From: Candidatus Cloacimonadales bacterium
GTDB lineage: Bacteria; Cloacimonadota; Cloacimonadia; Cloacimonadales; JAIOQZ01
Length of the DNA stretch: 64,000 nucleotides
Direction of reading: 5' to 3'
Assembly: GCA_963665815.1 (NCBI GenBank)
Contig: OY762463.1
Location: forward strand, 3,712,001-3,776,000
Made by a program: the position numbers and the translations under genes. The notes below the pieces were generated by a model. It saw only the letters and a program-made list of their open reading frames with translations. It searched no databases and was not told the origin of the DNA. Below, one piece after another: positions 60,908-64,000 of this stretch. Numbering within the stretch: the stretch's first letter is position 1; the number at the start of each line of letters is the position of its first letter.

Positions 60908-61401
60908 TAAACAGAAGTCTCTTTAATTTTACTGATTATTTCTTTGATCTGTTTTTTAGTTTCAATTCTTCCAAAAGTATCTTCACCAATTACAAATACA
61001 GGTGCAAGAGAGCATGCTCCAACACAACGTACTGATGTAAGTGTGAACATATTGTCTTCGGTAGTTTCTCCGAGTTTTACATTAAGTTCATCGCTAAGCA
61101 TCTGGATAAGGCGTTCTGCACCTTTAACATAGCAGGCTGTACCTGTACATACATTAATGATGTGTTTTCCTCTTGGTTTCATTGAAAAGAAGTTATAGAA
61201 TGTGACAACACCATAAATTTGATTTATTGGTATACCTGTTTTATCTGCGATAAATTCCTGAACTTCCATTGGTAAATAACCAAATATCTCCTGAGCTTTA
61301 TGAAGAATTTCAATAAGCGGATTTCTGATCTTCATTTTTTCTTCGATTACTGCTTCAAGTTTCTTATAAAGCAAGTTATCTGTTGATTGACTATGTGTCA
61401 T
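60907..61401 (-). CDS. nuoE: NuoE/HydC-type 2Fe-2S subunit
   Basis: YGVVTFYNFF, CTGTAC, CVGACSLAP. Confidence 0.92.
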   Translation of the reverse strand: MTHSQSTDNLLYKKLEAVIEEKMKIRNPLIEILHKAQEIFGYLPMEVQEFIADKTGIPINQIYGVVTFYNFFSMKPRGKHIINVCTGTACYVKGAERLIQMLSDELNVKLGETTEDNMFTLTSVRCVGACSLAPVFVIGEDTFGRIETKKQIKEIISKIKETSV

Positions 61402-61637
61402 TCATCCTCCTTCAACAGGTTTTTATACTTCCCTTAACTTTTAATATTATAACAAACTGTCAACAGAATTCTAACAGAAATCAAATATTTCTAATTCGCT
61501 ATTTGATTGTTGAATAGATTGATATTAAAGGATTAAGGGAATTTCAATGTTAAGCATTGTCTTATTATAAGTGAAACTGTTTATGATTAGAAATTTTAGT
61601 GTTGATGCTTGATAGTACTTGTTTAATAATTTATTTA

Positions 61638-62378
61638 TCAGGACTTATATCTGATGTTATCAGCAGGATCCGAACAGGCTTTGACAAGATTGACTACGGA
61701 TGGTTCTTCCATAAAAATATATGTATGACTTTTTCCTATATCTTTAAGATAATGAGCATCGGAATTTCTCAGAATTGCCAGGTTCTGGACAGGAGGGAAC
61801 ATTTCAACTGCTGCGTTATTGCTTGTGTTGGCAGTAAGCTCAACAGCGATAAGATTTTCAAGCTCAGGGAAAAAACCAAGCTGTGATGAAATGCTGAATG
61901 ATGGAGCATCAATATGTGAAAGGAAGGGAAAACCATTACATGAAAGAATGTTTTCCAGCGTTTCTTCAAGATTCCATAATACAGAGTTCAGAAGAAGTTT
62001 TTCTTCGAAACAGACGATATTTTCGTCATTATCAATTACTACTTGATCACCAAAAAAATCAGGATCGTTCAACAGAGGGGGGAGAGCTGTATCAAGCAGC
62101 TCCTGAAAAGCATCTGCATCATCTTTAGTATCGAACAGAGCAACAACGTGAATTTCTTCAGAAGTTTGAACCTCTGACCCGAAGAAGCAGTATATTCCCT
62201 GCTTTTCCCCAACTGAACGATATGCCTCTGAGTTTTTCAGAGTATTATGGTCAGTGATCGCAATTATATCCAGCCCTGCTTCTCCCGCTTTCTGTATGAC
62301 GCTTGTAGGTGACATCTCAAGAGAGCCACATGGAGACAGAACGGAGTGAATATGCAGATCTGACTTATACCACGGCAA
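61638..62378 (-). CDS. PHP-domain phosphoesterase
   Basis: DLHIHSVLSPC, AITDHN, SHID, NSDAH. Confidence 0.92.
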   Translation of the reverse strand: MPWYKSDLHIHSVLSPCGSLEMSPTSVIQKAGEAGLDIIAITDHNTLKNSEAYRSVGEKQGIYCFFGSEVQTSEEIHVVALFDTKDDADAFQELLDTALPPLLNDPDFFGDQVVIDNDENIVCFEEKLLLNSVLWNLEETLENILSCNGFPFLSHIDAPSFSISSQLGFFPELENLIAVELTANTSNNAAVEMFPPVQNLAILRNSDAHYLKDIGKSHTYIFMEEPSVVNLVKACSDPADNIRYKS

Positions 62379-62389
62379 ATTACACCTTG

Positions 62390-62734
62390 TTACTGGTTAG
62401 TTAAGGAGTAAATAATCCCGGCAGTATTGAAGGATGGAAGCTTTGTAGTAATAAGACAAATTCCTTCTTCTTCTGCTTTAGTTATTACTTTATTGTCCGG
62501 GATGATATCGTTTGTGAACACAACAGCTTTTACTCCAGTAAGAGAAGCTACAGCAATAACATTCATATGTCTCATGATTGTAACCCAGATCATATTATCT
62601 CTGGCGTTTCCCATTACATCGCTGAGAAGATCGGATACATATCCATCTGAGACAGTTGCTTCATCAATATTAACATTTTCAGTAACAACTTTTCCTTCAA
62701 TTTTCTCAATGATTTCTGATACTTTAATATTCAT
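62390..62734 (-). CDS. DRTGG-domain protein
   Basis: GYVSDLLSDVMG, WVTIMRHMNVIAVASL. Confidence 0.88.
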   Translation of the reverse strand: MNIKVSEIIEKIEGKVVTENVNIDEATVSDGYVSDLLSDVMGNARDNMIWVTIMRHMNVIAVASLTGVKAVVFTNDIIPDNKVITKAEEEGICLITTKLPSFNTAGIIYSLTNQ

Positions 62735-62744
62735 TTTAACTCCA

Positions 62745-63068
62745 TCAGCTTTTTTTCTTGAATGGCACTTTTAGTAAGAACAGTATTTTATTACTGTTCA
62801 TATCGTATGTTTCATGTATTTCGATTAAACCTTCATTATCCGGCTCACAGTCATTGTTTTCCTGAGCCAGTTTTTCGAGAGCATCTGAAATCAGCTGCTC
62901 CACCTTGACAGTCGAAGATTCGTGATTCTCATATTCTTCTTTTGTAATCGAAAATGTTGTTCCATAATATACTCTGGAAGTTTCTCCATGTGGATTTGTC
63001 AAACCTTTAACTGTCTCAAAATATATTATTTGTCTTGGTAGATTAGGGTATTTACTCAGTATTTTCAT
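62745..63068 (-). CDS. Hypothetical protein
   Basis: Overlaps the upstream gene inside the operon; no recognised motif. Confidence 0.6.
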   Translation of the reverse strand: MKILSKYPNLPRQIIYFETVKGLTNPHGETSRVYYGTTFSITKEEYENHESSTVKVEQLISDALEKLAQENNDCEPDNEGLIEIHETYDMNSNKILFLLKVPFKKKS

Positions 63069-64000
63069 TTTGGTCTTTCTTTTTATTAATTTTTTTCATT
63101 CTTACAAGGCAGTCGTCTATTGATGCTTTCCCCTGAACTATATCTTCGGCGAGTGACTGACAACTTGGACTACCACAGGCTGAACAATCAAATCCCGGTA
63201 GTATTGATTCGATTTCCTGAAGCTTTTTCATTTTTGTTATTGCAGATTTGATATCCATGTCAAGCTGCATGATAGAACGAGGTTCAAGAGGAAGTATATC
63301 GAAAAGACCTTCGTTGTTAAGTTTTCTGAAATATTCACCATCAGGATTATCTAAGAAATCATTATCAATTCGTCTCTTAATTCTTGCTTTGGCTACAAAC
63401 AGGTTTTCAACATTGAGTATTCCGCCTACACAGCCATTAACACAGCTTGATAGAACAATATAATCAAAGTTCTCTATCTGGTGATTCTCTATATCTGCAA
63501 GAATTTTTATTACATTTCTTGTTCCGCTGACAGCAAGAGTTCTGATCTTGTCATTTGCTATCTCATCTGCTCTGTAGCTTGCAATAGCCCAGTTATGCCC
63601 TTTGGAAAGAATGTTTGCTTCTTTTGGGTATTTATCTGGCAGATTGCTCATAATCAGATTATATATCTGGTTTGTTCCAAATGCCCCATCCTGCATTCTC
63701 TTGTAAGCACCTTCAGGCTGGTAAACAGCAGTAACTTGAGATATACAGGGAACTATAAGAAAAATACCAATATCTTCAGGATTAAGGTTTTGCTCTTTAG
63801 ATATTTTGTCCCTGTAGTACTTTGTTAATATACTTATTGGGGCTTCTAACTGTATTACATGTGGCAGTAACGATGGAAAACGTACCTGAATCAATCTGAT
63901 TATAGATGGGCAGCTGCTGGAAATTATTGGTCTGATGTTTTTATGGTTTTCCACAAAATCACGAATCATTTCTCTAACTGCTTCAGTTGCTTCAGATTCG
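63052..64000 (-). CDS. [FeFe]-hydrogenase-like (sensory/regulatory type) protein with C-terminal FeS domain; 5' end outside the window
   Basis: ISSSCPS, IVPCISQ, SCVNGCVGG, LPGFDCSACGSPSC...DCL; the frame stays open to the window edge (ESEATEAVREMIR). Confidence 0.82.
   Translation of the reverse strand, partial: ESEATEAVREMIRDFVENHKNIRPIISSSCPSIIRLIQVRFPSLLPHVIQLEAPISILTKYYRDKISKEQNLNPEDIGIFLIVPCISQVTAVYQPEGAYKRMQDGAFGTNQIYNLIMSNLPDKYPKEANILSKGHNWAIASYRADEIANDKIRTLAVSGTRNVIKILADIENHQIENFDYIVLSSCVNGCVGGILNVENLFVAKARIKRRIDNDFLDNPDGEYFRKLNNEGLFDILPLEPRSIMQLDMDIKSAITKMKKLQEIESILPGFDCSACGSPSCQSLAEDIVQGKASIDDCLVRMKKINKKKDQNENTE

Noticed and set aside
1..64000. CRISPR arrays, rRNA, intact transposases/integrases, prophage genes; the many short antisense ORFs in the track
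   Set aside because: None recognised; the short ORFs are shadows of well-supported genes.

Overview
AT-rich bacterial chromosomal segment read with the standard code (TGA is used as a stop). The organism is probably an anaerobe of the FCB group. The FlgD-Ig/Por-type C-terminal tails suggest Cloacimonadota, but this is inference only. In order, the window holds: carbamate kinase and an ArcE-like (COG2403) enzyme; secreted/beta-propeller genes; two convergent MBOAT+SGNH O-acylation pairs; a class V aminotransferase; an antiporter with a PTS-IIA fusion partner; uvrA; a chemotaxis/flagellar regulatory block (HDOD, CheY, CheZ-like, FleS/FleR-like); a glycosylation cluster; PorZ-like, aroB, degQ and umuDC; a sigma-28-led array of four flagellins with CsrA-type leaders; an extended ECF sigma factor; selA; a tRNA; and a formate dehydrogenase sitting at the end of a HydC/HydD/HydB-type operon. 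The most striking signal is a tRNA-Sec-shaped gene (55207-55301, minus strand) whose anticodon is GCA (Cys) instead of UCA. It lies between selA and an fdhA whose catalytic Sec position is a UGU codon followed by a SECIS-like hairpin, so this is a candidate system that recodes a Cys codon as selenocysteine. The second is an unexplained, heavily structured ~330-nt plus-strand element (52600-52928) that converges on the extended ECF sigma factor, which sits where selB would normally follow selA.
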